Of a stretch of 64,000 bases of DNA, positions 19,224-29,117 are shown piece by piece; the first letter of the stretch is position 1, and each line of letters begins with the position of its first letter. The stretch comes from Acidimicrobiia bacterium (GTDB lineage Bacteria; Actinomycetota; Acidimicrobiia; Spongiisociales; UBA11373). The position numbers and the translations under genes are program-made. The notes beneath the pieces were generated by a model that was not told the DNA's origin, ran no database searches, and was given only the letters and a program-made list of their open reading frames with translations. Location of the stretch: NCBI GenBank assembly GCA_016932695.1, contig JAFGCH010000016.1, positions 1,709 through 65,708 on the forward strand, read 5' to 3'.

Positions 19224-20090
19224 GTGCAGGCCCAATCGGTGTCGAGCGCCGCCGAGTTCCTGGAGAGAGCCGGGCCCCTGCTGAACGCCGACGAGGCGCG
19301 GCACAACCTCATACTGGGGCTGGCCTGGACTCTGCACGACCGGCCCGAGGTGTACCCCGAATTCCGCTTGTGGGTGGTGGAGGAGGAAGGGGGGCCGGCC
19401 GCCGCTGCTCTCATGACTCCGCCCCACAACCTGGTCCTGGCCGACGCTGCCGACCCGGGCGCCCTGCCCCTGCTGGCGGCGGCCGTGCGCGGTTCCGGGG
19501 TGCCGGTGCCCGGAGTGCTGGGCAACCGGCCCACGGTGGATGACTTCAACAGAGCCTGGGCCGCTCTCGGCGGCGTCACCCCGATCTTGCGCATGGCCGA
19601 GGGGGTCTTCGCCCTCGAGCGGGTGAGGCCCGTGGTCCCTGCACCGGGGCGCCCCCGCCCCGCCCTCCCCGGAGAACGCAACCTGATACTCGACTGGCTG
19701 GCCGCCTTCTTCGCCGAGGCGATGCCGTGGGAGCCGTCTCCGCCGGAGATGGCGGCGAGGATGGTCGACTACCGGCTGGAGAGCCAGACGGGGGACGACG
19801 GCCTCTGGCTGTGGGAGGATCGAGGCGAGGCGGTGTCGCTGGTCGGCTTTGGGGGGCGCACCCCGGGCGGGCAGCGGATCGGGCCGGTCTACACGCCCCC
19901 CGGGCGACGCCGCCGCGGCTACGGCACCGCGCTGGTGGCGGCCGTCTCCACCTGGCTGCTGGGGCACGGCCGATGCCGCTGCTTCCTCTACACCGACCTG
20001 GCCAACCCCACCTCGAACGCCATGTACCGGCGTATCGGCTACGAGCAGGTAGCCGAGGCGGCACAGTTCGCCTTCGAGGCAGGGGCCTGA
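19224..20090 (+). CDS. GNAT family N-acetyltransferase
   Basis: RIGPVYTPPGRRRRGYG, LYTDLANPTSN..YRRIGY; start uncertain. Confidence 0.85.
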   Translation: MQAQSVSSAAEFLERAGPLLNADEARHNLILGLAWTLHDRPEVYPEFRLWVVEEEGGPAAAALMTPPHNLVLADAADPGALPLLAAAVRGSGVPVPGVLGNRPTVDDFNRAWAALGGVTPILRMAEGVFALERVRPVVPAPGRPRPALPGERNLILDWLAAFFAEAMPWEPSPPEMAARMVDYRLESQTGDDGLWLWEDRGEAVSLVGFGGRTPGGQRIGPVYTPPGRRRRGYGTALVAAVSTWLLGHGRCRCFLYTDLANPTSNAMYRRIGYEQVAEAAQFAFEAGA

Positions 20091-20112
20091 GGCCCGTCCC
20101 TGCGCCGCCGGG

Positions 20113-20185
20113 AGCCGGGTGCCGGAGTCGAACCGGCGACATCCGCTTTACAAGAGCGGTGCTCTGCCGTCTGAGCTAACCCGGC
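20113..20185 (-). tRNA. tRNA-Thr(UGU), CCA not encoded
   Basis: Cloverleaf GCCGGGTTAGCTCAG..., anticodon loop CTTGTAA, T-loop GGTTCGACTCC. Confidence 0.95.
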
Positions 20186-20276
20186 CGGCCCAACCAGGGT
20201 ACCGGAACTCGCCCCGTGCCGGGAACGTGAGGCGAAATCCCCGGGGGCGGAGCCCGGGGCCAATAGCCTGCGGGTC

Positions 20277-20534
20277 ATGCTGGGCGATAGGGAGCGGGCC
20301 GTGATCGATTTCGAGCGGTCGTGGTTCCTGTACCCCGGCCCCAAGGACCGGGCGGTCTCCGAGTACCTGGGCATCAGCGCCACCCGCTACTACCAGGTGC
20401 TCCGCCGCTTGCTGGACGATCCCGAGGCGGAGCGCTACGACCCGCTCACCATCCGCCGCCTGCGCCGGGTGAGAGAGCAAGCCCGTCGCAAGCGCGAGGA
20501 GCGCCGCCGCGACGGGGGCAGTTCAGGAGGATGA
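20277..20534 (+). CDS. DUF3263 family protein
   Basis: VIDFERSW..GPKD..LGISATRYYQVL..YDPLTIRRLRR. Confidence 0.85.
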   Translation: MLGDRERAVIDFERSWFLYPGPKDRAVSEYLGISATRYYQVLRRLLDDPEAERYDPLTIRRLRRVREQARRKREERRRDGGSSGG

Positions 20535-20595
20535 GACCACGGGCGGTATCCCCGCCCGCCGGTACGCTTTCGTCGACCTCTCGGGAAGGACGACC

Positions 20596-21318
20596 ATGGC
20601 CGAGGAACTGGCGCCGCGCGATGCCTACCTGCGGGAAACCACCGCCACGGTGGTCGCCGTTACCCCCGAGGGGGTGGTGCTCGACCGCACCGTCTTCTAC
20701 CCCCGGGGTGGGGGCCAGCCCGGCGACACCGGGAGGCTCGAGTGGGAGGGGGGGTCCGCCGTGGTGGCGGACACGGTCCGTTCTGCGGGCGAGGTGATGC
20801 ACGTGTTGGCGGCCGGCGAAGCGCCCCCGTTGGGCACCCCGGTACGCGCCGCCATCGATTGGGAGCGCCGCCATCTGCTGATGCGCACCCACACCGCGCT
20901 GCACGTCCTCTCGGCCCTGGTGTGGCGCGAGTACGGCGCCAAAGTCACCGGGGGCAACATGGAACCGGGCCAGGCCCGTATGGATTTCGAACTGGAGTCG
21001 ATGAGTGTGGAGTTCGGCCGGGAGGTGGAGGTGCGTCTCAACCGAATGCTGGGGGAGTCCCATCCCGTCCGCGTTCTGTTCCTCCCTCGGGCCCAAGCAC
21101 TGGCCGACCCTGATCTCATCCGCACCAAGGTGAGCCTGATCCCCGAGCACGTCGACCCCATTCGGGTGGTGGACATCGCGGGCCTCGATCGCCAGGCCGA
21201 CGGCGGGACGCATGTGGCCGACACCCTCGAGGTAGGCCCGGTGCGGGTGGTCAAGACCGAGAGCAAGGGCAAGGGCAACAAGCGAATGCGCATCGAGGTC
21301 GGCTCCCCGTCGGCATGA
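20596..21318 (+). CDS. Alanyl-tRNA editing protein (AlaX family)
   Basis: FYPRGGGQPGDTG, MRTHTALH, QADGGTHV. Confidence 0.9.
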   Translation: MAEELAPRDAYLRETTATVVAVTPEGVVLDRTVFYPRGGGQPGDTGRLEWEGGSAVVADTVRSAGEVMHVLAAGEAPPLGTPVRAAIDWERRHLLMRTHTALHVLSALVWREYGAKVTGGNMEPGQARMDFELESMSVEFGREVEVRLNRMLGESHPVRVLFLPRAQALADPDLIRTKVSLIPEHVDPIRVVDIAGLDRQADGGTHVADTLEVGPVRVVKTESKGKGNKRMRIEVGSPSA

Positions 21319-22283
21319 TCGACGCTTTCCTCGTCGCCCTCCTCCTGTTCCTCGCCGTTCGGGGGTGGTTCCGCGGCCTGGTGCGTGAAGCGCTGGACCT
21401 CGCCGGCCTGCTGGTGGGCACGGTTCTTGCCTTCCGCCTCGGCCCGCTGCTGGGCGGGGTGATCTCGTCTGTGGCCAACACCTCGCCCGACACCGGGCGG
21501 GTGGTGGGCGGCTTGGTGATCCTGGTCGCCACCGGGGTGGCGGCCGCCTTCCTGGCCCGGGCGATAGAGCCCCGGGTGCGGCGCCCGGGGATCAACCTCA
21601 TCGATCGGGTCGGAGGGGCCACTCTGGCCGCCGGCTGGGGGGCCTTCCTGCTCATGGTGCTGCTGTCGCTGCTGCTGGTGCTGCCCCTACCGGCCGCGGT
21701 GGGCCGCCAACTGGACGGCTCTGCCGTCACTCGCGTGCTGACCGCGCCCGGCGGCGTTCCTCAGCAGGTGTTCCATACCCTGGCGGGCGACAGGGTGATC
21801 CAGGCGCTCCTGCGGCTGCGCGAGGCCGTCGGCGAGCGCGAGGTGATCGTCACCGACGACGACTCGGTGGATCTGCCCGCCGCCGACCCGGCCGACCTGT
21901 CCGACGACCCGGCGGCTGCTGCCGAGGTGTTCGACTTGCTCAACCGGGCCCGGGTAGATGGCGGCCTGGCTCCGCTGGCCTGGAGCCCCGCGTTGTCCGA
22001 GGTGGCCGCCGGGCATGCCCGGGAGATGTACTTGGAGGGCCGCTTCGCCCACCATTCCTCCACGACCGGCACCGTGGGGGACCGCCTGGAAGCGGCGGGG
22101 ATCACTTACTCGCGGGCGGGGGAGAACCTGGCACTGGCGGCCACCATCACCAGGGTGCACAACGGCCTCATGGACAGCCCCGGGCACCGGGAGAACATCC
22201 TGCGCCCCGAGTTCCGGCGCGTCGGGGTGGCTGTGGTCGCCGGGCCGCTGGGCCTGATGACCGTGGAGGTGTTCACGGGCTGA
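21315..22283 (+). CDS. CvpA membrane domain fused to a CAP (SCP) domain
   Basis: RGWFRGLVRE..DRVGGA (CvpA); LLNRAR, HAREM, GENLA, MDSPGHRENIL (CAP). Confidence 0.8.
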   Translation: MIDAFLVALLLFLAVRGWFRGLVREALDLAGLLVGTVLAFRLGPLLGGVISSVANTSPDTGRVVGGLVILVATGVAAAFLARAIEPRVRRPGINLIDRVGGATLAAGWGAFLLMVLLSLLLVLPLPAAVGRQLDGSAVTRVLTAPGGVPQQVFHTLAGDRVIQALLRLREAVGEREVIVTDDDSVDLPAADPADLSDDPAAAAEVFDLLNRARVDGGLAPLAWSPALSEVAAGHAREMYLEGRFAHHSSTTGTVGDRLEAAGITYSRAGENLALAATITRVHNGLMDSPGHRENILRPEFRRVGVAVVAGPLGLMTVEVFTG

Positions 22284-22716
22284 AGTAGCCCGAGTAGATG
22301 GCGTCCAAGGCATCCGGTATCGCCAGCACTCCCTTGGGGCCTTCGACGTGGATGACCGCTAGTTGGGCGCGCCGAAGTGCCTCGGCCAGCGGGGGGCGGG
22401 CGGTGATCACGACCACCTGGTCCAGGTCGAATCCGAGCAGGCGGGCCAGGCGCCGCACCACCCGTGGGGAGACGGCCGGGCCGAACTCGGCCGAGGTGCC
22501 GATGAAATCGAAGTAGGCGTCCAGTTCGGCGTCCTCGAGGGCGCGGCGGAGGGCGAGACCGGTGTGGGCCCCGTCGCCGATGCCGGCGATGCGGAAGTCG
22601 GCGAACACCTCGTCCAGCATCTCCGCCGCCCCCGGCGGCACGTCGGGGGCTTCGTGCGGGCCGCGGCCCTCCCAGGAAAGCAGCAGCGGCACCAGGTCCA
22701 GGAACACGAGGTGCAA
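22273..22716 (-). CDS. Hypothetical protein, possibly a degenerate HAD-like fold
   Basis: Typical codon pattern; PGAAEML and LDAYFDFIGTSAE resemble HAD segments but no intact DxD motif. Confidence 0.5.
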   Translation of the reverse strand: MHLVFLDLVPLLLSWEGRGPHEAPDVPPGAAEMLDEVFADFRIAGIGDGAHTGLALRRALEDAELDAYFDFIGTSAEFGPAVSPRVVRRLARLLGFDLDQVVVITARPPLAEALRRAQLAVIHVEGPKGVLAIPDALDAIYSGYFSP

Positions 22717-22853
22717 CTCAGGCCTGCCCTTCGGCCCGTCGCCGCACGGGGCCCGCTGCAGCTGCCACGATGGAGAGGAGGAGGAGGTGCGTCAAGGGTG
22801 CTCCGGCTCGGTCCCCGGACTCTACCGCTGCCCCGGGGGAGGCGACCCGGACG

Positions 22854-22887
22854 CGTTCCGGCCCTCCCCGGAGGGAGGGCCGGAACG
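22854..22887. terminator. Perfect 15-bp hairpin, likely terminator of the 22902-23633 gene
   Basis: CGTTCCGGCCCTCCC-cgga-GGGAGGGCCGGAACG, no U-tract. Confidence 0.6.
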
Positions 22888-22901
22888 ACGGGAAAGGCCG
22901 G

Positions 22902-23633
22902 TCAGGCCGTGGGCATCTCGGGAGCCGGGGGAGGCGGCGTGGGTGCCCCGCCCCGCTTGCGGCTCATCAGAAGGAGGAAGCCGATCCCAGCGACAACGGC
23001 GGCGGCGATGACGATGATCGCCCACATGGGGAAGCCTCCGCCCGCACTCTGGGTGGGATCGGAGACGGCGCTGATCTGGATCTGCTCCCCGGTGATGGGG
23101 AACGACCAGGTCAGGGTGTTGCCGTCCTGTGAGGTGGCGTTGCTCTCCAGGACCCGGCCCGGCAGGGTGAGGCGGAAGTTGGCCCCCACCGCCTCGGCCA
23201 GCTGCTCGGGGGACATCATCTCCTCGGCGCCTTCCATAGCGCCGGTGAGGCTGCCCACGCCGGTGACCTCGATGCGGTCGGGGGCGAAGCTGAAGTCGAG
23301 TTCCTGCACCAGGCTGTTGGGGTCGGCGGCGATGGCCTGGGCCACGGCGGCGGCGATGTCCTCGACCGCGGCGGTGGAGACCAGGTAGTGCATGCCGCCG
23401 CGATCTTCCTCGCGCCCCTGGGCATTGGGGAAGCCGGCCATGGGACTGTCGGCGAAGGGATCCTCGCCCTCGGTGAACTGGTCGATGAAGGCGGCCGCCT
23501 CCTCGTCGTAGCCGATCTCGGCGCCGATCACCCCGGAACCGTCGGCATTGACTTCGGTGAGCAGGTTCGACTCGATCCGGCACGCCGCGGCCAGGAGCGC
23601 CAGCAGCATGACCAGGGGGATCAGGCGTCGCAT
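22902..23633 (-). CDS. LppM-like lipoprotein with C-terminal membrane anchor
   Basis: Lipobox LAAAC, VNADGSG, LTLPGRVLESNA..DGNTLTW, C-terminal TM followed by RKR. Confidence 0.75.
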   Translation of the reverse strand: MRRLIPLVMLLALLAAACRIESNLLTEVNADGSGVIGAEIGYDEEAAAFIDQFTEGEDPFADSPMAGFPNAQGREEDRGGMHYLVSTAAVEDIAAAVAQAIAADPNSLVQELDFSFAPDRIEVTGVGSLTGAMEGAEEMMSPEQLAEAVGANFRLTLPGRVLESNATSQDGNTLTWSFPITGEQIQISAVSDPTQSAGGGFPMWAIIVIAAAVVAGIGFLLLMSRKRGGAPTPPPPAPEMPTA

Positions 23634-23697
23634 ATCTTCCTTCCCTTGGCTTGCTTCTAGGTGACTCTACCGGGCGACCTGCCTCAAGGGCGGTCGG

Positions 23698-24600
23698 TCA
23701 GGCGAGGGGCTCGGGCATCGCCTCCGGGATTGCCGGGCGGTGCACCGCCCCCCACAGGGCAAGGACCAGGATGCCGCCGAGCACCACCCCTACGCCGGCC
23801 CACTGGACCGGAGAGAGGCGCTCGGTGAAGATGAGCTGGGCCCAGACAACCGCTCCCGCCGGCTGCACCAAGAGGAGGGCCGAGACCTCGAGGGCGGGAA
23901 GGCGCGGCAGGGCGCCGGTGATCCAGATCCATCCGGCGGTGTGGCAGAGCAGGGCGAGCGCCAGCAGCCAGCCGTGAGCCGGCCAGGTGGGGGCCAGGCT
24001 GAAGCCCGAGTCGAAGAAGGCGGCCAGCACCGACCCGGCCAGCGCGCCGAGGGTGGCGTCGAGCAGCGGACCGGCGGCGGGGGCCAGGTGGCCGCGGTTG
24101 GAGTGGCGCAGCAGCAACAGGAACAGCGAGTAGCAGAGGGCCGAGAAGAGCCCCAGCAGTACCCCAGCCACCGGGTCTTCCCCGTAGGCATCCCGGCCGC
24201 CCAGGCCGCTGAGCAACGCCACTCCTCCCAGGACCACGGGCAGCACGACGAAGGCCAGGCGGCTGGGGCGCTCCCGGTACAGGGCCCAGGCCACGAAGCC
24301 CACGAAGGCCACCTGAGTGGCTCCCACCAGAGTGGCCGAGCCCGCTCCGATGCGGGCGATGGCCGCGTGGTAGGTGAAGAGGTCGGCCGCCAGGATCAGC
24401 CCGGCACCGAAGGCCTGGGCCCGGGCGCGGGCCGGCCGCAGGTCGCGGCGGCGCACCGCCAGCCGGGCGAGCCAGACTGCCGGCAGGGCATAGGCCAGTC
24501 GCCAGAAGGCCACCGTGGCCGGGGAGAGGCCGGAGAGCCGCACGAAGATGGGGCTGAAGGTGATGGCGAGGACCCCGGCGAGAGCGGCGAGATGGGTCAC
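23698..24600 (-). CDS. DMT/EamA family transporter
   Basis: About 10 TM helices in a duplicated EamA pattern; GTG 8 nt after TAGCTT. Confidence 0.88.
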   Translation of the reverse strand: MTHLAALAGVLAITFSPIFVRLSGLSPATVAFWRLAYALPAVWLARLAVRRRDLRPARARAQAFGAGLILAADLFTYHAAIARIGAGSATLVGATQVAFVGFVAWALYRERPSRLAFVVLPVVLGGVALLSGLGGRDAYGEDPVAGVLLGLFSALCYSLFLLLLRHSNRGHLAPAAGPLLDATLGALAGSVLAAFFDSGFSLAPTWPAHGWLLALALLCHTAGWIWITGALPRLPALEVSALLLVQPAGAVVWAQLIFTERLSPVQWAGVGVVLGGILVLALWGAVHRPAIPEAMPEPLA

Positions 24601-24729
24601 GGCGGGCAAAGCTAGCGCTGCTACCGGGGCGCTTCGGCAGCAGGAGGCCGCGAGTCACCGCCGGCGGGCCCGGCTCGCCTACCCGTCCCCTTGCCCCCGG
24701 CGGCGTCTTGCCCGGTCCCCGGGGAGGGA

Positions 24730-25206
24730 TCAGCCGGCGGCCAGGTCGGCTTCGAAGGGATGGGCCGCTTCGCGGTAGTCGGCGAGGCTCATCCGTAGCG
24801 AGTGTCGGTGGGTTCCCGCAGCGAAGACGATGCTCTCTGCCCCAAGCAGCTTGCGGTCCAGGTAGGTGGGGACGCCGTAGAGGCCGCCGAAGGGTGGGGC
24901 TGCGCCCAACTGGCAGTCGGGGAAGGCAGAAGCGAACTCGGCCTCCGTGGCCAGACGCACCTCCCCGGCGGCGAGGGCCTCCCGGGCGCGGGTCAGGCCC
25001 ACATGGTCGGGGGCGGCGAGCACGGCCATCACCAGCTTCCCGTCCACCATGAGCATCACCGCCTTGGCCACCAGGGACCCGGGAACGTGAAGTGCGGCGG
25101 CCATCTCCTGGGCGGTGAAGGACTCGCGGTGCTCGGTGAGCTCGTAGGAGATGCCGCTCTCCATGAGGTGGCGGCGCACCCTTTCGGCGCACTTGAGCTC
25201 GGTCAT
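24730..25206 (-). CDS. YbaK/EbsC family aminoacyl-tRNA deacylase
   Basis: GAGGAGG SD; VAKAVML, RLATEAE, GAAPPFG, FAAGTH. Confidence 0.88.
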   Translation of the reverse strand: MTELKCAERVRRHLMESGISYELTEHRESFTAQEMAAALHVPGSLVAKAVMLMVDGKLVMAVLAAPDHVGLTRAREALAAGEVRLATEAEFASAFPDCQLGAAPPFGGLYGVPTYLDRKLLGAESIVFAAGTHRHSLRMSLADYREAAHPFEADLAAG

Positions 25207-25293
25207 GGGACCTCCTCGCGGTGCCGTGGTGACGGTTCCTCCCGTCGAGGGCAACGGTACACGGCGCGGGCTGCCGCTGCCGAGGGCTAGGGA

Positions 25294-25593
25294 TCAGGCC
25301 GAGTTGCCCGCCCGGGTCTCGGCCCCTCCGGGCTCGTCCTGGCGGCGGGAGCGGCGGTCCCAGCGAGCCGCGCCCCAGACGCCCCCGTGGGTGATGAGAT
25401 GCGGGGTCAGGTCCTCGTAGTCGGAGGCGAGCCTGCGGTTGCGACGGGCTACCACGAAGCGGATCCAGACGGCGGTCAGGACCAGGACCGCGGCGGTGAC
25501 CGCATTCACCACTGGGGAGTTGGGGCTGATCAGCCACCAGGCCAGGGCCACTCCCACGATGTGGGCCGCCACCACGTTGGCCAGGGTGTACAC
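25294..25593 (-). CDS. Small hypothetical membrane protein (2 TM)
   Basis: AGGAGG SD before GTG; two hydrophobic helices. Confidence 0.6.
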   Translation of the reverse strand: MYTLANVVAAHIVGVALAWWLISPNSPVVNAVTAAVLVLTAVWIRFVVARRNRRLASDYEDLTPHLITHGGVWGAARWDRRSRRQDEPGGAETRAGNSA

Positions 25594-25685
25594 GGCGCGC
25601 CCTCCTGGGGGCGGGAGTCTCGTCCTGGCGGCACCCTACGCCCACCGGTGTTGCCGGGAGATAACGGGCTGCCCCGGAGGGGGCC

Positions 25686-27539
25686 TCACGGCTCCGGCCG
25701 GTACCAGCGCTCCAGGTTCCAGGTGGCGGGCCGCGACGCCCGGCGGCTCAGCCCGGCCAGTGTGTCGCCCCACCAAGCGAGAGCGTCGCCCCGGGTAGCC
25801 AGGGGGATGATCACCACCTGGTCGGCGAGGATGTCCTCGGCCTGGGCGGCCAGTTCCAGGACCCGGTCGCGGTCGGCGGTGGCCCGCATGTCCTCCAGCA
25901 GCGCGCCGTAGGCGACGGTGGCGGCATCGGATACGGTCGCGGCCGCCTGGTCGAAGTCCTCGCCCGCGTCGGACACCGCGGGGGTGCCCCAGCGCTGGTA
26001 GTTGACCCCCAGCGGCGGCGGCCCGGCCGGGTCCCAGTAGGCCAGAGAGCGGCTCACCCCGCTGGCCCCGGCTTGCTGGTCCCAGGCCCACAATCCCAGG
26101 TCCCAGTCGCCCCGAGAGAAGGTTCGGCCGAAGAACAGGACGGCATCCTCCACGGCAAGGCGGGCGTCGCAGCCGATGGCATCGAGCATGCCGGCGACCA
26201 TCCCCCCCAGCTCGGACCGCAGGCTGCCCTCGGCGGTGGTGGTCACTACCACCACCGGGGGCTCGGCGGCGCAGTCGCGGCCGGCGGCGGCACAGGCGTC
26301 TTCCAGGAGGGCGGCGGCCAGCGCCGGGTCGTACCCGTAGCGGTCCCAGCCGGAATTGCTCGAGATGGGGGAGAGGTCCAGGAAGGAGGTGAGCGCCCCG
26401 CCGTTCACCCACGAAGGCAGGGCGGCCAGGGCGTCGCGGTCGATGGCGTGGGCCACCACGCGGCGGAACTCCACGGTCGAGTTCAACGAGACGCGGTTGC
26501 GGTTGTTGGCCCCGAACTGGAAGGCGAGATGCTCCCAGGCGGTGCCGTCCCCCACCACCACCGTCACCCCGTCGAGGCTGCCGAGGCGGGCGATCACGTC
26601 CGGCCAGGCACCCAGTTCGATGGCGTCGAAGCTGCGGCGAGCGAAACCCTCGACGGCCTGTCGGGAGTCCGTCACGAAGTGGAAGAGGGCGGTATCTAGG
26701 TAGGGGAGTACCCGGCCGACCCCGTCGGTGCGCCAGTAGGCAGGGTTGCGCTCGAAGACGGCGACGCTGCCCGGGGTTCCCGCGGAGGCGCCGGTCTCCG
26801 CCCAGCCGGCGAACAGGAACGGCCCGGCGGAGGGCCAGGGGCGTGCCGTCCAGCCGGTGAGGAGGTCGGTGCCTTCGACGGCGTGACGGGGCAGCACCAC
26901 GCCGAAGAGGCGCTCGTAGTCGATGGTGGCCCGGGGCAGGGTGAAAGAGAAGGTCTTCTCTCCCGTCGCCACGGACTCGGGCAGGATGTCGGCGTAGAGC
27001 GCCGCTTCCGGGTCGTCGAGGCCTAGATCGACCATCGCCTGGTAGGTGAAGGCGAAGTCGTCGCCCGTCACCGGCCTACCGTCTTCCCACATCGCCTCGG
27101 GGAGGATGCGGTAGGTCACGTTCATGGTGCCGTCGGGTCGCACCACCACGCCGCCGTTGGCCACCGTGGGGATCTCGGCGACCAGATCGGGGGCGAGATC
27201 GAAGGTGAGCGGGTCTATCTCCCAGGCGCCCGCCAGGTGGATCTCGCCGATCGCCGGCAGGGACCCTGCCGCCCACGGACTGAAGGAGAAGGGCTCTTCC
27301 GGAGAGACCACCGGCAGCGAGACGCTGCCTCCCGCCGGCACCGATTCGGGGAGGGTGGTAGTGGTCGTGGTGGGGCGCACCGGCCGGGTGGTGGTGGTGA
27401 CGACGGTGGTGGTGGCGGCGGTAGTGGTGATCGAGGTCCCGGGGGCGGTGGTGCGCGGCGGAGCGGTGCCCGCGGACTGGTCGTTCCCGCACGCCGTCAG
27501 GGCCAGGACGAACAGCATGAGGGCTACGGGGCGCCGCAT
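25686..27539 (-). CDS. Peptide/nickel ABC substrate-binding lipoprotein (family 5), orphan
   Basis: Lipobox LTAC, Thr linker, PTVANGG, WEDGRPVTGDDFAFT, FERNPAYW. Confidence 0.85.
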   Translation of the reverse strand: MRRPVALMLFVLALTACGNDQSAGTAPPRTTAPGTSITTTAATTTVVTTTTRPVRPTTTTTTLPESVPAGGSVSLPVVSPEEPFSFSPWAAGSLPAIGEIHLAGAWEIDPLTFDLAPDLVAEIPTVANGGVVVRPDGTMNVTYRILPEAMWEDGRPVTGDDFAFTYQAMVDLGLDDPEAALYADILPESVATGEKTFSFTLPRATIDYERLFGVVLPRHAVEGTDLLTGWTARPWPSAGPFLFAGWAETGASAGTPGSVAVFERNPAYWRTDGVGRVLPYLDTALFHFVTDSRQAVEGFARRSFDAIELGAWPDVIARLGSLDGVTVVVGDGTAWEHLAFQFGANNRNRVSLNSTVEFRRVVAHAIDRDALAALPSWVNGGALTSFLDLSPISSNSGWDRYGYDPALAAALLEDACAAAGRDCAAEPPVVVVTTTAEGSLRSELGGMVAGMLDAIGCDARLAVEDAVLFFGRTFSRGDWDLGLWAWDQQAGASGVSRSLAYWDPAGPPPLGVNYQRWGTPAVSDAGEDFDQAAATVSDAATVAYGALLEDMRATADRDRVLELAAQAEDILADQVVIIPLATRGDALAWWGDTLAGLSRRASRPATWNLERWYRPEP

Positions 27540-27580
27540 ACCTTCAGGCTAACCCAGCCCGGGAAGTGCGGCCGGGCCGG

Positions 27581-27772
27581 TCAGGGGACCAGCGCCTCGA
27601 GCTCGGCCTCACGGGACTCCAGGCGGGTGGCGACGTCCTCGGCTTGGTCGAGCACGACCCCCGGCGTCGCCGCCGGAAGGGTCGGGCCCGGCTCCACAGT
27701 CGGGCCCGCCGAGGTGCAGGCGGCCAACAGCAGGCCGGCAGCCAGCAAGGCGGGCGTAGGGCGATGGGTCAC
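27581..27772 (-). CDS. Small putative lipoprotein (63 aa)
   Basis: Signal-like LLAAGLLLAAC followed by a short helical tail. Confidence 0.55.
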   Translation of the reverse strand: MTHRPTPALLAAGLLLAACTSAGPTVEPGPTLPAATPGVVLDQAEDVATRLESREAELEALVP

Positions 27773-27847
27773 CGCGTAGTGATCGGCTTGCCGGAAGGGG
27801 CGGCTTGAGCGATACCCCGCTCCGTCTCCCGGATACCATCGCCGGTC

Positions 27848-29083
27848 ATGGTCACTCTCGACGTCACCGCAGTCCGCTCCCGCTTCCCCGCCCTGGCTCG
27901 CAGCGAAGGGGGCCGCCCCGTGGCCTATCTCGACGGGCCCGGCGGCACCCAGGTAGCCGAGATGGTCGTCGAAGCCATGGCCCATCGGCTGCGAGCGGGC
28001 ACCTCCAACCTCGGCGGGGCCTTCGCCGCCAGCCGGGAGGCCGACGAGGTCACCGCGGCTGCCCGGGAGGCCGGGGCTGATTTCGTGGGGGGGAGGCCGG
28101 AGGAGGTGGCGTTCGGCCAGAACATGACGAGCCTCACCTTTGCCGTGAGCCGGGCGCTGGCCCGTACTTGGGGCCCGGCCGACGAGGTGGTGGTGACCCG
28201 CCTCGACCATGATGCCAACGTCACCCCCTGGCGCCTGGCCGCCGCCGACCGGGGAGCGGTGCTGCAGGTAGTGGATTTCGACCCCGCCGACGGCACCTTG
28301 GACCTCACCCACCTGGAGAGCGTTCTGGGACCGCGCACCCGTCTGCTGGCACTGACCGCCGCCTCTAACGCCCTCGGCACGGTGCCCCCGGTGCGCTGGG
28401 CCGCCGACCTGGCCCACGCCGCCGGGGCGCGGGTCTTCGTCGACGGGGTCCACTACGCCCCCCATCGCCTCATCGATGTTGTCGCGTTGGGGGCGGACTT
28501 CCTGGCCTGCTCCGCCTACAAGTTCTTCGGGCCGCATGCCGGGCTGTTGTGGGGTCGGGCCGACCTCCTGGAGTCACTGGAGGCCTACAAGGTCGTGCCG
28601 GCACCTTCTATGGGCCCGGGGAAGTGGGAGACCGGCACCCAGTCGTTCGAGTCGATGGCCGGGGTGACCGCGGCGGTGGACTACCTGGCCGGCCTGGGGG
28701 AGGGAGGCAGCCGCCGGGAACGGCTGGCCGCCGCCTACGCGGCCATCCGCCGGCACGAGGAGAGCCTGGCCGGCCGTTTCCTGGCCGGGGTGGCCGCCAT
28801 GCCGCATCTGCGCCTTCACGGCCTCGCCGACCCGGCTCGCCCGGCCGAGCGCACCCCCACTTTCGCCCTCGAGGTGGCCGGTATGTCCCCCGATGAGGCG
28901 GCGCACCGCCTGGGGGTGCAGGGGATCCACGCCTGGAGCGGCGATTACTACGCGGTCGGGGTCATGGAGCACCTGGGGGTAGCCGAGCGGGGTGGGCTGC
29001 TGCGCATCGGCTTCGTCCACTACAACACGGTCGAAGAGGTAGATCGGGCCCTGGAGGCCTTGGCCGGGCTGCGAGCGGGCTGA
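27848..29083 (+). CDS. Cysteine desulfurase-like class V PLP enzyme
   Basis: YLDGPGGTQ, LDHDANV, DGVH, SAYKFFGPH. Confidence 0.9.
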   Translation: MVTLDVTAVRSRFPALARSEGGRPVAYLDGPGGTQVAEMVVEAMAHRLRAGTSNLGGAFAASREADEVTAAAREAGADFVGGRPEEVAFGQNMTSLTFAVSRALARTWGPADEVVVTRLDHDANVTPWRLAAADRGAVLQVVDFDPADGTLDLTHLESVLGPRTRLLALTAASNALGTVPPVRWAADLAHAAGARVFVDGVHYAPHRLIDVVALGADFLACSAYKFFGPHAGLLWGRADLLESLEAYKVVPAPSMGPGKWETGTQSFESMAGVTAAVDYLAGLGEGGSRRERLAAAYAAIRRHEESLAGRFLAGVAAMPHLRLHGLADPARPAERTPTFALEVAGMSPDEAAHRLGVQGIHAWSGDYYAVGVMEHLGVAERGGLLRIGFVHYNTVEEVDRALEALAGLRAG

Positions 29084-29117
29084 TCTCTCCGCCGGGAGCG
29101 GGCCGCCGGGCGCCCTT

